From assembly GCA_951406725.2 (NCBI GenBank), contig OX597834.1, positions 15,066,001 to 15,130,000 of the forward strand: DNA of 64,000 nucleotides, read 5' to 3'. This document shows positions 41,653 through 56,882 of this stretch, piece after piece. The notes beneath the pieces are model-generated. The model was not told the DNA's origin. It worked only from the letters and a program-made list of their open reading frames with translations, and searched no databases. The translations under genes were made by a program, and so were the position numbers. The stretch is from Octopus vulgaris (lineage: Eukaryota). The first letter of the stretch is position 1, and every line of letters begins with the position of its first letter.

Positions 41653-41922
41653 GGTATAGACACAGGCGGGTCAATGTGTATTGTGTATCGTATATATATA
41701 TATATTTATTTGTGAAAGAGACAGGTAAAATTGATTATAAATATTGGTTATTATCTAGATGTGAATATAACATGATCTATGCAGCTGCGAAGTTGTACAT
41801 TTCGCCAATATTCGAATATTGACACAGTTTTCGCATTATGTTCTGCCTCGATGATCTATAAATTAGCTATATTACCGCTGACCGACACTTCGAGTGAAAA
41901 TCTACATGTGTGTTTGTGTGTG

Positions 41923-41996
<74 letters not shown>

Positions 41997-42163
41997 TGTG
42001 TGCATGTGTGTGAATGAATAAGTATATATATATATATATGTATGGGTGTGTGTTTATATACATAGGAATACGTATGTGTGAATTAATATGTTTATATAGA
42101 TATATACATATGTATACACGCATATATATATATATGCATGTATATGTATATATACATACACAC

Positions 42164-42201
<38 letters not shown>

Positions 42202-42207
42202 ATACAT

Positions 42208-42250
<43 letters not shown>

Positions 42251-42304
42251 CGCATAAATACATACATATATATATACATATATATATACACACACACACG
42301 CACG

Positions 42305-42338
<34 letters not shown>

Positions 42339-42818
42339 CACACAAGTATGGATGTATGTATATATGTATGTGTGCATGTAAGCATGTATATATATGTGTG
42401 TGTGTGTATGTGTGTGTATTTGTTTATGTGATTGTGTCTGGGTGTATTAGTGCGCGTTTGTGTGTGTTTGTGTATGTGTATTTGTACGTTTGTGTGTGTG
42501 TTTTCGTATGTCTATATTACGTATGTATATCTGTGTGTGCGTGTATGTGTTTGAGTGTGTTTGTGTATGCATCTGTATGTATTTGTGCCTTTGTGTATGT
42601 ATATGTGTATGTATGTGTACGTTTGTTGTGTATATGAGTGTGTTTTTATGTCTATGTGTGTGTATGTGCGTGGGTGTACAGAGAGAGAGAGAGAGAGAGA
42701 GAGATGGGGAGAGGGAGAGGGGGCAAATAAGGTCATTAAAAGACAGCGAGCATTTAACGGTGAAGAAGAGACAGAAATATAGGTTTTGATAAACACTTGA
42801 AGTGGGAGACAGATAGAC

Positions 42819-42915
<97 letters not shown>

Positions 42916-42947
42916 TTGATAGATAGATAGATAGATAGATAGATATT

Positions 42948-43067
<120 letters not shown>

Positions 43068-43453
43068 ATAATAGAGAAAGATGAGAAAGAAGCGTCCGTT
43101 AGAGACAAGAGTGTATGATGGCGTGTGTGGATTCGGTAAGGAGAAAATCAATGCTATGTTATTTAAAATGTCAAAACGTTTCTTAAATTTACAGTGACTT
43201 CTCTTCAAATATTAAACACAGGTAGTAAAGGAGTAATAAATGTCTCGTTTGTGTTCATTATTCTTAAAATGTTATAATGATTTGTAAAGGGAAACAGAGA
43301 CACGTTTCACAAAGGTTTGACAAGTTTCAACGTTATAGATGGCTTATCGCCTCATTAAACCTTAATGTATCTCGTTGTTTTTCGTTATTCTACTACATTC
43401 CTGTTAGATATTTTAGTATTCAGATTTTAACACAATTTCCTTTTACGAGATTT

Positions 43454-43515
<62 letters not shown>

Positions 43516-43630
43516 GTTTGTTATTGCTTGGCCAATTGTTTCGGTTCTGAGACTATGTGATCGAAGAATAAATGGGACATGTCTGTCTCTCGTATTTAGC
43601 TTTCCATCTTCGGCAAGAAGTGACCCATTA

Positions 43631-43824
<194 letters not shown>

Positions 43825-43837
43825 AGATAGATAGATA

Positions 43838-44137
43838 AGGCGAATGGCTCAGTGGTTAGAGCGTCGGGCTCAAAACCATGAGGATGTTAGTAGACCGGAA
43901 TGTGTGTTGTCTTCTTGAGCAAGACACTTTATTTCACATTGTTCCAGTTCACACTGCTGTAGAAATGACTTGCGACATCACTGGTGCCAAACTGTATCGG
44001 CCTTTGCCTTTCCCTTGGATAACATCAGTGGTATGGAGAGGGAAGGCTGGTATGCATGGGCGACTGCTGGTCTTACTTGCCCGGACTGTGCCTCCCAGGG
44101 CAACGTTTTAGGTTCAAACTCATGCTCGTTCATGAAC
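43838..44137 (+). mobile_element. Family C SINE
   Basis: A-box TGGCTCAGTGG; body colinear with the reverse complement of 21490-21811. Related heads with other bodies at 20790-21094(+) and 22340-22640(+). Confidence 0.8.
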
Positions 44138-44204
44138 GAATGGCTTCTCTCTTTTCTATGTATATATGTATGTGTGTCAGTGGGTGTGTGCGTATAAATA
44201 TACG

Positions 44205-44258
<54 letters not shown>

Positions 44259-45378
44259 TTCTAGAAAGATGAAAGAAAATAGCAACCCGTATGTGATAGA
44301 GATTTAAATGGTAAGATGATGTAATATAATACTAGAATTTTAAGGCGGCGAGCTGGCAGATACGTTAGCACGCCAGGCGAAATGCGTAGCTGTATTTCGT
44401 CTGCCGTTACGTTCTGGGTTCAAATCCCACCGTGCTTTTGTGTGTGTGTATGTGAGTGTATATATATTCGTATATATATGTGCTTTTGTGTGGAGGTGTG
44501 TGTTCGTGTGTGCGTGTGTTTCCATGCGTGTATGAATATGTTTGTGCATGGAAGTTTTTGGGTCAGCGAACACATGGATTTCTTCTGCCATTTAAACGCA
44601 TAACCTATGCACAAATTTGATAATAATGATTCTGCCAGAAAACTACAAGAGTACAAGTCCGGGTAGAATATACCCCAATTTACATAATTTCGTTTGTCTT
44701 TAGGGCCTCTCGTCGTTGCTTCGCGTTCTGAATTCAAATTCCGTCGCCGTCGACCATGTTCCTCATTCTTTCTAGGTCGATATCTTAAGAACCATTTAAG
44801 CTGGTGTTGATGTGATCGATTAGACCCCTCTCACGAATTTGCTGGTCTTTTGCCAAAATTTGAAACAAAGTTGTATGTCTGATGCCTTTAAATATTCATT
44901 CCATTTATATCCAAACAATTACAAATTATTTCTTTGATGAGAATCGAACTTGATGCTTTATGTTACCCATTCTTGGTGCTATATATACTCCTCAGACATG
45001 CTTACAATAATAGGGTAACATACCTCAAGGTTAACATACCTCAAGGATAACATACCTCAGGTAAGTTAAAAATGAAATTCATTAGACATAAATTCATTTG
45101 ACATCAATAAAATTATATTTAAAGAAAGTGTTCCTTGTTATCTATGATTTTCTTCCTTCCGCATCAAGAGTAGGGGGGGGGGTGACGTCGGCGTAAATAA
45201 ATATATTCTGGGGTAATCGGTTAAAAAGTTCCCCCGACCCCTGCTATAGTGGACTCCATTATTTCAAGCAAAATTGTCATTCTTTCGTAAACATATATCT
45301 AAACGTTGAAATTAAAACCGAATTGAAGTGAAAATTCATTCTGTGAATGAATATAAAGGAATACAAAATATATATATA

Positions 45379-45608
45379 TTTCTTTATTACCCACAAGGAG
45401 CTAAACACAGAGGGGACAAACAAGTACAGACAACCAGGTTAAGTCGATTACATCGACCCCAGTGCGTAACTGGTACTGAATTTATCGACCCCGTAATGAG
45501 GAAAGGCAATTCGATCTCGGCGGAATTTGAACCCAGAACGTAACGGCAGACGAAATACGGCTACGCATTTCGCCCGGCGTGCTAACGTTTCTGCCAGCTC
45601 GCCGCCTT
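45379..45608 (-). mobile_element. Family B SINE, Tx1-type tail
   Basis: Full-length match to 9347-9578. Confidence 0.9.
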
Positions 45609-46040
45609 AAAATTCTAGTATTATATTACATCATCTTACCATTTAAATCTCTATCACATATGGGTCGCCATTTTCTTTCATCTTTCTAGAATGAATATTC
45701 AAATAATGAAAATGCTGGAATGGATCATACCCATCCTTACAATGGGTGACATTTTGCCCAAACTAGAGTCATTGTTATGATTAATGTGATGGCTGTTAGA
45801 AGCAAAAGTGGTTTTCAGCATCGAAAAAATATATTTTGTGATAATTAGTTATTCTATTGAAGCGATCTGCTCAAATCCCGTCAGAGATTATATATTTGTC
45901 ATTTATCCTTCAGCGAATCGATCCAGCTGAGAATTTTCCAACTAGTGTATATGTCAAATATATCAGAAATTCTTAATGTTATAACCAGAAAAGGTTGCAA
46001 GTACCACCAACAAAAGAGACTGAAAAACAAAATAATGATG

Positions 46041-46107
<67 letters not shown>

Positions 46108-46166
46108 TGATGATGATGATAATAATAATAATAATAATTATAATTATAATAATAATAATAATAATA

Positions 46167-46198
<32 letters not shown>

Positions 46199-46244
46199 AA
46201 TAATAATGATAATTATTATTATTATTATAATGATAATAATAATA

Positions 46245-46280
<36 letters not shown>

Positions 46281-46319
46281 ATAATAATAATAATAATAAT
46301 AATGATGATGATGACAATA

Positions 46320-46412
<93 letters not shown>

Positions 46413-47108
46413 TTGACAACGGACGTTATGACAAATTTCAGAAATTAAAAGCTTTAATTCTTTTGAGAATTTAAAATTATTGATACTGTTTTTGTAGAAT
46501 AGTAATAAAAAAAAAAAAAATATTCTCTGCTTTTGGATATGTGTGTGTCTGTGTGTATGTGTGTGTGTGTGTATGTATGTATACTAATACGTGTATGTGT
46601 ATTTCTGTATATGTATATATATGTATACGTACGTATAATTCTAATATCTTTTTAAAATGTCTTTATTTTTTAGTGGCGAAACAAGTGTGCCAGATATCCC
46701 AGACAAATGAATTATAAAGCCCGTGCTCAGATAAGCGTATTGGAGAATAGTGTTCTTAATCAAATTTGCTATATATCTCTTATATTTATGACATTACACT
46801 TTATTATATTCCTATGTCGTGTATATTTATGCATATATGTTATTTTTTATTTTTAAAAAGCAATATTACAGTTTATTACATTTATTATATTCCCCTATTG
46901 TCTTTTATTTTAGTTTTATTTTTTTATTTTTTGGTGTCTTTATCTTATTGTATTTTATCAATCTTATACTCAGTATATTAAAGACATACACTCATATATA
47001 TATATATATACACGTACATGTATGTTGTATGTCTCTCTCTCTCTCTTCCTATATATATAGAGAGAGAGATAGATATATATTTAGAGAGAGAGAATTAAAT
47101 AGACAGAC

Positions 47109-47199
<91 letters not shown>

Positions 47200-47373
47200 G
47201 ATAATCTCACATATATTTATATGTAATATACATGTATAAGAATGTATATATACGGACATACCCGTAAATACATGCATTTATGAATTTATAAATATACATA
47301 CGAACACACCCACTCATACACATATACATATGTATATATACGAATATATATATATGTCTATGCGTATGTGAAC

Positions 47374-47410
<37 letters not shown>

Positions 47411-47472
47411 TAAATATATAAGTATATATGTATATGTATATATTTATACATATATATATAAATATATAAGTA

Positions 47473-47516
<44 letters not shown>

Positions 47517-47690
47517 TATAAGTATGTATGTATATGTATATATATATCTATACATACATATTTATATATATATGCATATAGATAAATAACTATATATTTG
47601 TTTGTATATAGATGAGTATATATATATATATATATATATGTCGATACGCAGATGCATCATAGATAGCTAGGTAGATAGATAGATAGATAA

Positions 47691-47767
<77 letters not shown>

Positions 47768-48175
47768 AAGCTATGACAATATAACGTTAGAATCACTACC
47801 GGGAAAACAGTCTTCCCACGCGCAGGGAAACGCACTACACACACAGACATACACACATAATAACAGAAACGAACGACACACACAAACACACCTAGGCACA
47901 AATACTCTCGAAGTATATGTCAATGTAAGTCATTTTGTAAAATATAACTTCATTATTTCATTTAATTTTATATGACTCTCTAGTCTCCCAGACATTATAA
48001 CGCTTACATACAGTCATATAGTTACGTATGTGTGTATCTGTGCGTGTGTGTGTATGTGTGTGCGTGCGTGCGTACGTGCGTCCGTATGTGCGTGTTTCTG
48101 TTGTTGTGTGTAGTGTAAATTTGTCCTTTTATTTGATTATATATACACACAATATTCAGATATACATATGTATAT

Positions 48176-48226
<51 letters not shown>

Positions 48227-48271
48227 TTTACAAATATATCTCTACATATATAAGTAGATATATGCATATAC

Positions 48272-48372
<101 letters not shown>

Positions 48373-48401
48373 ATATATCTCTACATACATAAGTAGATAT
48401 A

Positions 48402-48520
<119 letters not shown>

Positions 48521-49176
48521 CTATATAATTATCTCTACATATATAAATATACATATACATATATATAAATCTCTGTTACCAAATGTATGTGTGTATACGC
48601 TCACACACACAAACACAAACACATTTGTATGTATGTATGTATGTATGTATGTATGTATGTATGTATGTATGTATGTATGAATGAATGAACGTGAAGTGTT
48701 ATTAGATTAAATAAAATAACGAGAAAGTATAATGTTTGCAAAGTGGAAGCAAAATTACGGCCGACAATGGCAATGTTTTGGAAAGATAACAGAAAATATA
48801 ATCTTGACATGATACACGAATATACACACAAACCCATAAATACATATATTTATATATATAATTATATATATTCATATATCTATATTTTGTGTTTGTGTTT
48901 ATATGTCCATGTGTATGTGCGTTCATGGGTGGCGTGTGCGGGCGTATGTTAAAAATTACTAAGTTTGAAAAATTTGTCTTTGTTTAATAAATGTTTTTTT
49001 TTGTTTTTTTTTTGAAGAATGTGACATTTGTATCATAATATAATATAAGGGAATATGCACACACACATACACACACACACGCAAAAAATATACACTCAGC
49101 GCAAACCCGAACACATATATCCATATGTATAATTATGTACGTTCAAGCATCTATATATATATGTATATATGTATAT

Positions 49177-49225
<49 letters not shown>

Positions 49226-49337
49226 CATGCATATATCAATATATATATATAAAAATACATATACACACACAGATATATATATATATATACATATATATAT
49301 GCATATATATATATATGTATATATATATATATGAATA

Positions 49338-49368
<31 letters not shown>

Positions 49369-49945
49369 GTATGGATGTATGTACGTATGTATGTATGTAT
49401 GTATGTATATATGTATGTATGTATATATGTATGTATGTACAAAGTTATGAACGTATAAATATAATGTTTCAATAATTATTGTTGAATATTATGAAGTTAT
49501 AGATACATAATGCCGCCATTTATATTGTTGTCAACATCGTCGTCTCTCTCTTTCCATTTCTTAATCGTTGTTGTTGTCACTCTTCTCGTTCTTGATAAAG
49601 ATATCATTAGTATTTCGTTTTAGATAACTTAATGTTATTTTATTCATTTATTTATTAATGTATATATATTTTTTTCCTGTGTTTCAAACAACTAATTTAC
49701 TAGTAAAGTTTAAATTTTACTTACTTGCCAACTTAATTTGTAATGTGATTTTTTGGCTATTATGTCGTTATTAAATTTATATTTTTTCGTGAATAGGACC
49801 AGAGAGTAATTTCTTTATCGTCTTTTTTATATTTCAAGCCCCTCGCTCCCCCTTCTAAATCACAATTCTCTATATCTCTTTATAACATATATTTAATTAT
49901 AAATGTACACAAACACACACTGTTATACACACACATATATAAATA

Positions 49946-49980
<35 letters not shown>

Positions 49981-49987
49981 CATATAT

Positions 49988-50053
<66 letters not shown>

Positions 50054-50210
50054 GTATGTGTCTATGTATATATACGAATATATATATATAATACACACAC
50101 ATATATATACATATAAATACACACGCGCACAGCTATATTTTCTTTATTCTATTTTTTTGTATTCACCACAATATATAAGTATTGATTCTGTCTCTCTTTC
50201 TCCTTCTCTC

Positions 50211-50274
<64 letters not shown>

Positions 50275-50284
50275 GTCATCCTTT

Positions 50285-50557
50285 TCAATCTGTGGCCCGG
50301 TTTCTGTAGCGTATGTGTTCCCCCCAGCTGGACGGGACGCCAGTCCATCGCAGCATTACTCAAGAAACGCGAAGTGAGAATGAGACAAAGTTGTGGCGAA
50401 AAAGTACAAACAGGGGACACCACCACCCCCTGCTGGATTATCGTGGAGCTTTTAGATGTTTTCGCTCAATAAACACACACAACGCCCGGTCTGGTAATCG
50501 AAACCATGGTCCTCCGACTGCGAGTCCGCTGCCCTAATCACTGGGCCATTGTGCCTC

Positions 50558-50560
<3 letters not shown>
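50285..50560 (-). mobile_element. tRNA-derived SINE (distinct subfamily)
   Basis: Head GGAGGCACAATGGCCCAGTGATTAGGGCAGCGGACTCGCAGTCGG...GGTTTCGATTACC. Homolog at 60740-61025(-) shares TGGACGGGACGCC. Confidence 0.8.
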
Positions 50561-50602
<42 letters not shown>

Positions 50603-51923
50603 TAAAGGTAGGTACATAAACATACATAGATGTTCTTATGCATGCGCATTCACATATTGCGTTTATATGTGCGCTGACGTTTAAACTTAGTTCTTCATAC
50701 TTGTGAATGTGTGTATATATATGTGTCTATATGTGTGTGTGTGTGTGTGCGTGTAGTCATAAGAGTATTCATATATATGTACGTATGTCTGTGTGTTTGT
50801 GTATGTATGTATAGGTGAATATGATATAGAGAGGCAGACGTAAGTATACTTGTAGATATAGACACACATATTGTGCGTCGGTTTGTGTGTGAACATTTTT
50901 GTATAATGCATACATACAAGCATACATACATACATGCATACATACCTACATACATACGTACATACTTACATACATACATACATAAATGCATACATACATG
51001 CATACATATATACATATATACATAAATACATACATAAACACATACATACATACATAAATACATACATATATACATAAATACATACATAAATGCATACATA
51101 CATGCCTACATACATGCATACATACATACATACATACATACATACATAAATACATACATATATACATACATACATACATAAATACATACATGCATACATA
51201 CACACATACACACATACATACATGCATACATACATACATACATACATACATACATACATACATACATACATACATACATACATACATACATACATACATA
51301 CATACATACATACGTACATATGCATTCATATTCAGTCTGTGTTATACAGGAAACCAGATTATTTTAAAATTTGATTAGACATAATTGCTGACGAATTCAA
51401 TTGCAGATGAGAGTAGATTGTCGTCAATTCTAATGACAATTGACAATCTAATATCTATAATAATGTAAACTGTTTCTCAGGAAGATAAATGTAAATCATG
51501 GCCGACATTATAGCTGTGCGGTTAAAAGTTTTAGTAGACAACAACGTTGTTTGATTTTTAGATGGACGATTTGTTTCTTTCGCACGGCAACTTAGAAAGA
51601 TGTCTCCTTCAATGATCTTGTAAGTGAGTACCTCGAAAGTTTGACGTTGATGAGAAATATATATTTGAAGAAAGAGCACAAATTTGTTGAGGTTCCCTAC
51701 GGCTGATTCGGGCGCGTTTTTTTTTTTCATTGATCATTGAAGCGATTACTCCATGACAAAAGGGAGTTTTCTTCAGATGAACGATACGCTAATCTCCAAC
51801 CTAACTTCGTGTTCTTATCAAAAGGCCTCGATGCAACAGAATCCTAAATATAATTAATAATAATTGATAACAACAACAACAACAAAAACAACAATAATAA
51901 CAACAATAATAATAATAGTAATA

Positions 51924-51954
<31 letters not shown>

Positions 51955-51971
51955 TAGTAATAATAGTAATA

Positions 51972-52092
<121 letters not shown>

Positions 52093-52274
52093 TAATAATA
52101 ATAATAATACATGTGCCTGGTGTACCTTTATCAGACGGGTAGTCATGATGGGTATATTGGGCTTCGTATATTTTACCCCAGTGTCATTTTGATGGCATGA
52201 ACTGCTCTCTCACTCAATAATAATAATAATAATAATTAATATGTATTATTTATTACCCTTCAATTATAAAATGC

Positions 52275-52799
52275 CTTATACTCTAGCATCGGGCCCACCA
52301 AGGCCTTGTGAGTGGGTTTCGTAGAGGGAAACTGGAAATAGCCCGTCGTATATATATATATATGTGTGCGTGTGTGTGTGTGTGTGTGTGCGTGCGTATA
52401 TGGCTGCGTGGTAAAAAGTGTGCTTCCTAGCCACATTGTTACGAGTTCAGCCCCACTGCGTGGCATCTTCGCCAAGTGTCTTCTGCTATAGCCCCGGGCC
52501 AACCAATGCCTTGTGAGTGGATTTGGTAGACGGAAACTGAAAGAAGCCTGTCGTATATGTGTATATATATGTGAGTGTGTGTGTATATGTTTGTGTGTCT
52601 GTGTTTGTCCACCTAGCATTGCTTGACAACCGATGCTGGTGTGTTTATGTCCCCGTCACTTAGCGGTTCGGCAAAAGAGACCGATAGAATAAGTACTGGG
52701 CTTACAAAGAATAAGTCCAGAGGTCGATTTGCTCGACTAAAGGCGGTGCTCTAGCATGGCCGCAGTCAAATGACTGAAACAAGTAAAAGAGTAAAAGAG

Positions 52800-52855
<56 letters not shown>

Positions 52856-53080
52856 TGTATGTATGTATGACGTATTTGTGTGTCTGTTTTTCCCCACCAT
52901 CGCTTGATAACCGGTATTGGTATGTTTCCGTCCCCGTAAGTTAGCGGTTCGGCAAAATACACAGATAGAATAGGTACTAGGCTTACAAGGAATAATTCCT
53001 AGTGTCGATTTGTTCGACTAAAGACGGTGCTCCATCATGGCCATTGTCAAATTACTGAAACAAGTAAAAGAATAAAAAGA
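52275..53080 (+). mobile_element. Nested family A SINEs (younger copy ~52400-52800 inside the microsatellite of an older copy)
   Basis: Older 5' part 52275-52350, a complete copy, then the older 3' part 52876-53080. Confidence 0.75.
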
Positions 53081-53144
53081 TATATAGATAGATAGACATT
53101 GATAGATAGATAGATAGATAGATAGATTAGATAGATAGATAGAC

Positions 53145-53209
<65 letters not shown>

Positions 53210-54671
53210 TAGACAGACATAAACACATATATACATACATACATAAACTTTCGATTGTCTAAATTCCCGAATACATAATCAATACATTAGTAAACTCCTG
53301 GCTTTCGCGGAAGAATTGTAATCGCACACGAGGGCCTGATCACGCAGCGAGTGGTTGCGACGCGTAACTCTTATTCTTACCCCCACATTCATATTTTAGT
53401 TTGGCATCTGAGGTAAATATAAAATGTCGGAATCCATTATTCTCATTCATTAGAGCTAGTATTACCTTGGCAGTAGACACAACATCTGAAAACTGAATAC
53501 CAAAGCAAAATATGCTTCAATTTTCTACAGTGTCTATGTATTAAATAATTATTATAAGTTACTTATCAAAAAAAATCTCTCTATAACAAGAGAAATTGTC
53601 TCAATATAAGTAGAACGTAGTCTATAAAGTCGGTAAAATGTTCTGCTGTTTATAGAAAAGTTAAATCTTAAGCCATTAACGCCTACGATTAAAATCAAAA
53701 TGTCGTCTGCACATACGGTGGTTTTATGTTCATAATTCTGATAATTTTTTTCTGCGTTTTACTGAATATTTTTATATTTTTATTGACGTCATTTAATAAA
53801 TGCAAATTGTTTTATGCATTTTTATTTTTAGCTAATAGTCTATACTCAGCAGAGACCACATCAGACGTTTTCCAAGAAAATAAGGCTCCAAAGAGAAAGT
53901 CGATGCTTCGTATCATGAAATAAACGATGCGCAGTGTCTCGTCTGTGGCTGGTCATCACAAATATCTATTACGTAATGTGGAGAGAAAACAGTTCGCAGC
54001 TGTAAGCTTCTGTGCTAGGGTCACCAAACTGTCAAGTGATTCGTTTATTTATTTACAGCTTCCTTGGTGTTGTGAATGCATCTATAAAATATATTTGCCC
54101 CTTCATATTGGGCTGGTCAAGAACAACTATATGAGTGCCGGATACCTGAGGTTAACTATGGGGCTCTATGCGACCCCTCTATATTCTAGAAACAGCAACC
54201 ATATTTCTCATAAATTGCACTGAACCTTCATAACGAAACAGGTATACACCGGCAAGTGTTATTTGAAATGGTATGGTCACATTTGGGACATCTTTTATTG
54301 TGGATATTTTCTATAAGGTTTAATCTGGGGTTAAAACTAAACCAACAAATCCGTTTAGGAAATCAGCGTATAATTTCTACAATAATCTTATAAACTGATA
54401 AGGTGAGTTGAATTTAACCCATGGCGCTAGGTTAGTGTCACTGACAAGCATTAATGTAAATGCGAAATCACTGTGATCTGGCTGTGCCTAGGCACTGAGG
54501 GAGCTTACCTCCCCTAGCAATCATCAAGATAAGTGCTTCTTGTGGTTTGAGGTGTTTTGACTCTTCTTTCTAGCAATACTGGTGCTGCATAGTGCCCTAA
54601 GTCATTTTAGTGACGCATTTATTTCTGCCTTTTGGTTGTAAAATTGTGAATAAACCACCCTTATATATATA

Positions 54672-54747
<76 letters not shown>

Positions 54748-55899
54748 TGTATGTATGTATGTTTGTATGTATGTATGTATGTATGTGTGTATGTATGAAT
54801 GTATGTATGTTTGTATGTATGTATGTATGTATGCGTGTGTGTGAATAATACAGTCTTTCGTACAGTCTCCATTTACCAATATCACTCACTATGTATTGGA
54901 CTACTCGGGACTATTGTAGAAGTCACTTTGCCCAAGGTGCCGCGCAGTAGGACTGAACCCAAATTTATATGGTTACATACTGAGTTTCTTAACCATAGAA
55001 TCACATCCGCAAGCAACACGGCATAAACGATGCTACATATAAATATTCCTAAAAAAGACACGGAAATTACTCTAAACTAAAACGGAAGCAAGTCATTACA
55101 GCAGACCAAAATTAGATACAAATAGAAGATACCATGGAGGCCATAGACGCCATCATGGAATCATTCAAGTAAATACACTGGCAAAGGAAACATGCCTTCA
55201 GTACTTTCACTAAAAAACAAATATACATTTGTTTTTATACATTAATAACAAACATACATCGCAAAAGATAAAGCAGAGTTAAAAATAAAGTGGACCTAAC
55301 AGAATCAATAAAGAAAATCTGGAAAAAAAAAACGTTACAAAATCGATAAATATTGGTTATTGCAAACACCTGTTGTAGTTACAAACAAACAAGCTCTGTG
55401 AAATGGTAAATAAATATAACACGGCCCCTCGAGAAATGCTTAAGACGGAAAAACAAATCTGTTCAAATTTGCTCAGACACAGTTATCTAACTAAATCAGT
55501 ACCAGAGATACCATCGAGAGAATCTAGTCTTGATCATGATAGTGGTAGGCTCTTAAGCAAAACCTATCTTTAAAATTGTGGTGAGGGTCGGTTGGAGATG
55601 GTTCATATTGTAGAAGAAGAATGATATACATGTCGTTGCATTGTGAAATGGAAAAGAAGGGAAGCAGCATAAAGGAAGAACTCAAATAACCAATATATAT
55701 ATATAATATTAATGAAAAATAAAATAGTTTGGAAGTAAAAGAAATGTTTAATTGAACCATAACAAATAAATGCATGTAGGATACAACGGTTCAGAAACGA
55801 AGACAGAAATTTCTAGAAAATCTAGGTATTTGAGTCAGAATATTTTAGAATCAAGGAAATCGACTTCCATGAAATTCCATGAAATTCCATCTCCTTTGG

Positions 55900-56237
55900 A
55901 GAAGTGTCTCCTAATATAACTCCGGTTTTATGAATGCCTTATCAGAGAATTTGGTAGACGAAAACTGTGTGGAAGCTTGTCGTTCGTGTGTGTGTGTGTG
56001 TGTGTGTGTGAGTATGCGTGTGTGTGCGTGCCTTTAAGTCAATGCTTATCATCAATCCACTGCTTGACAACCGGCATTGTTTTTTTACGTCAACATTATT
56101 TAGCAGTTCAGCAAAAGAGATCGATCCATTAGGTACCAAATATAAAATATAAGGTCGATTGTTTCGACTAAAAACCTTTCATGTCAGTGCCCCAGCATGG
56201 TCGGTGTCCAATGACTGAATCAAGTATAATGTAAAGA
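55900..56237 (+). mobile_element. Family A SINE, diverged
   Basis: Family motifs recognisable. Other diverged fragments at ~2895-3015(+), 10820-10890(-), 18175-18305(-), 23055-23260(-), 26880-27095(+), 28082-28350(+), 30195-30450(+), 54850-54995(-) and 57838-58197(+). Confidence 0.7.
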
Positions 56238-56271
56238 CAAGGGAAAACAGATGCCAGGAAAGAATAGTGAT

Positions 56272-56882
56272 TTCAAATTTTGGCACAAGGCCAGCAATCT
56301 CGGAGGCGGGGTAAAGTCGATTACAGCGACCCAAGTGTTCAACTAGCTATTCATTTTATCGACTGCGAATGGATAAAAGGCAAAGTCGACCTCGGCAGGA
56401 TTCGAACTCAGGACGTAAAGACGGGCGAACTACCGCTAATCATTTTACAAGGCGTGATAACGATTCTTATTTCTTTACTGCCCACGAGGGGCTAAACATA
56501 TAGGGAACAATCAAGGACAGACAAAGGGATTAAGCTGATTACATCGATCCCAGTGGGTAACTAGTACTTAATTTATCGACCCTGAATGGATGAAAGGCAA
56601 AGTCGACCTGGGCGGAATTTGAACTCAGAACGTAGCGGCAGACGAAATACCTATTTCTTTACTACCCACAAGGGGCTAAACACAGAGGGGACAAACAAGG
56701 ATAGACAAACGGATTAAGTGGATTACATCGACCCCAGTGGGTAACTGGTATTTAATTTATCGACACCGAAAAGATGAAAGGCAAAGTCGACCTGGGCGGA
56801 ATTTGAACTCACAACGTAGCGACGGGCGAAATACAGCTAAGCATTTCGCCTGGCGTACTAACGTTTCTGCCAGCTCGCCTCC
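56272..56882 (-). mobile_element. Family B SINE trimer (two Tx1-tailed units plus one alternative-tail unit)
   Basis: Three consecutive GTCGACTTTGCCTTT cores. Junctions AAAGAAATA|GGTATTTCG and AAAGAAATA|AGAATCG. Confidence 0.9.

Noticed and set aside
44995-45066. Perfect donor CAG|GTAAGT after a 3x16-bp tandem repeat
   Set aside because: The upstream candidate exon has stops in all three frames; at most it is non-coding.
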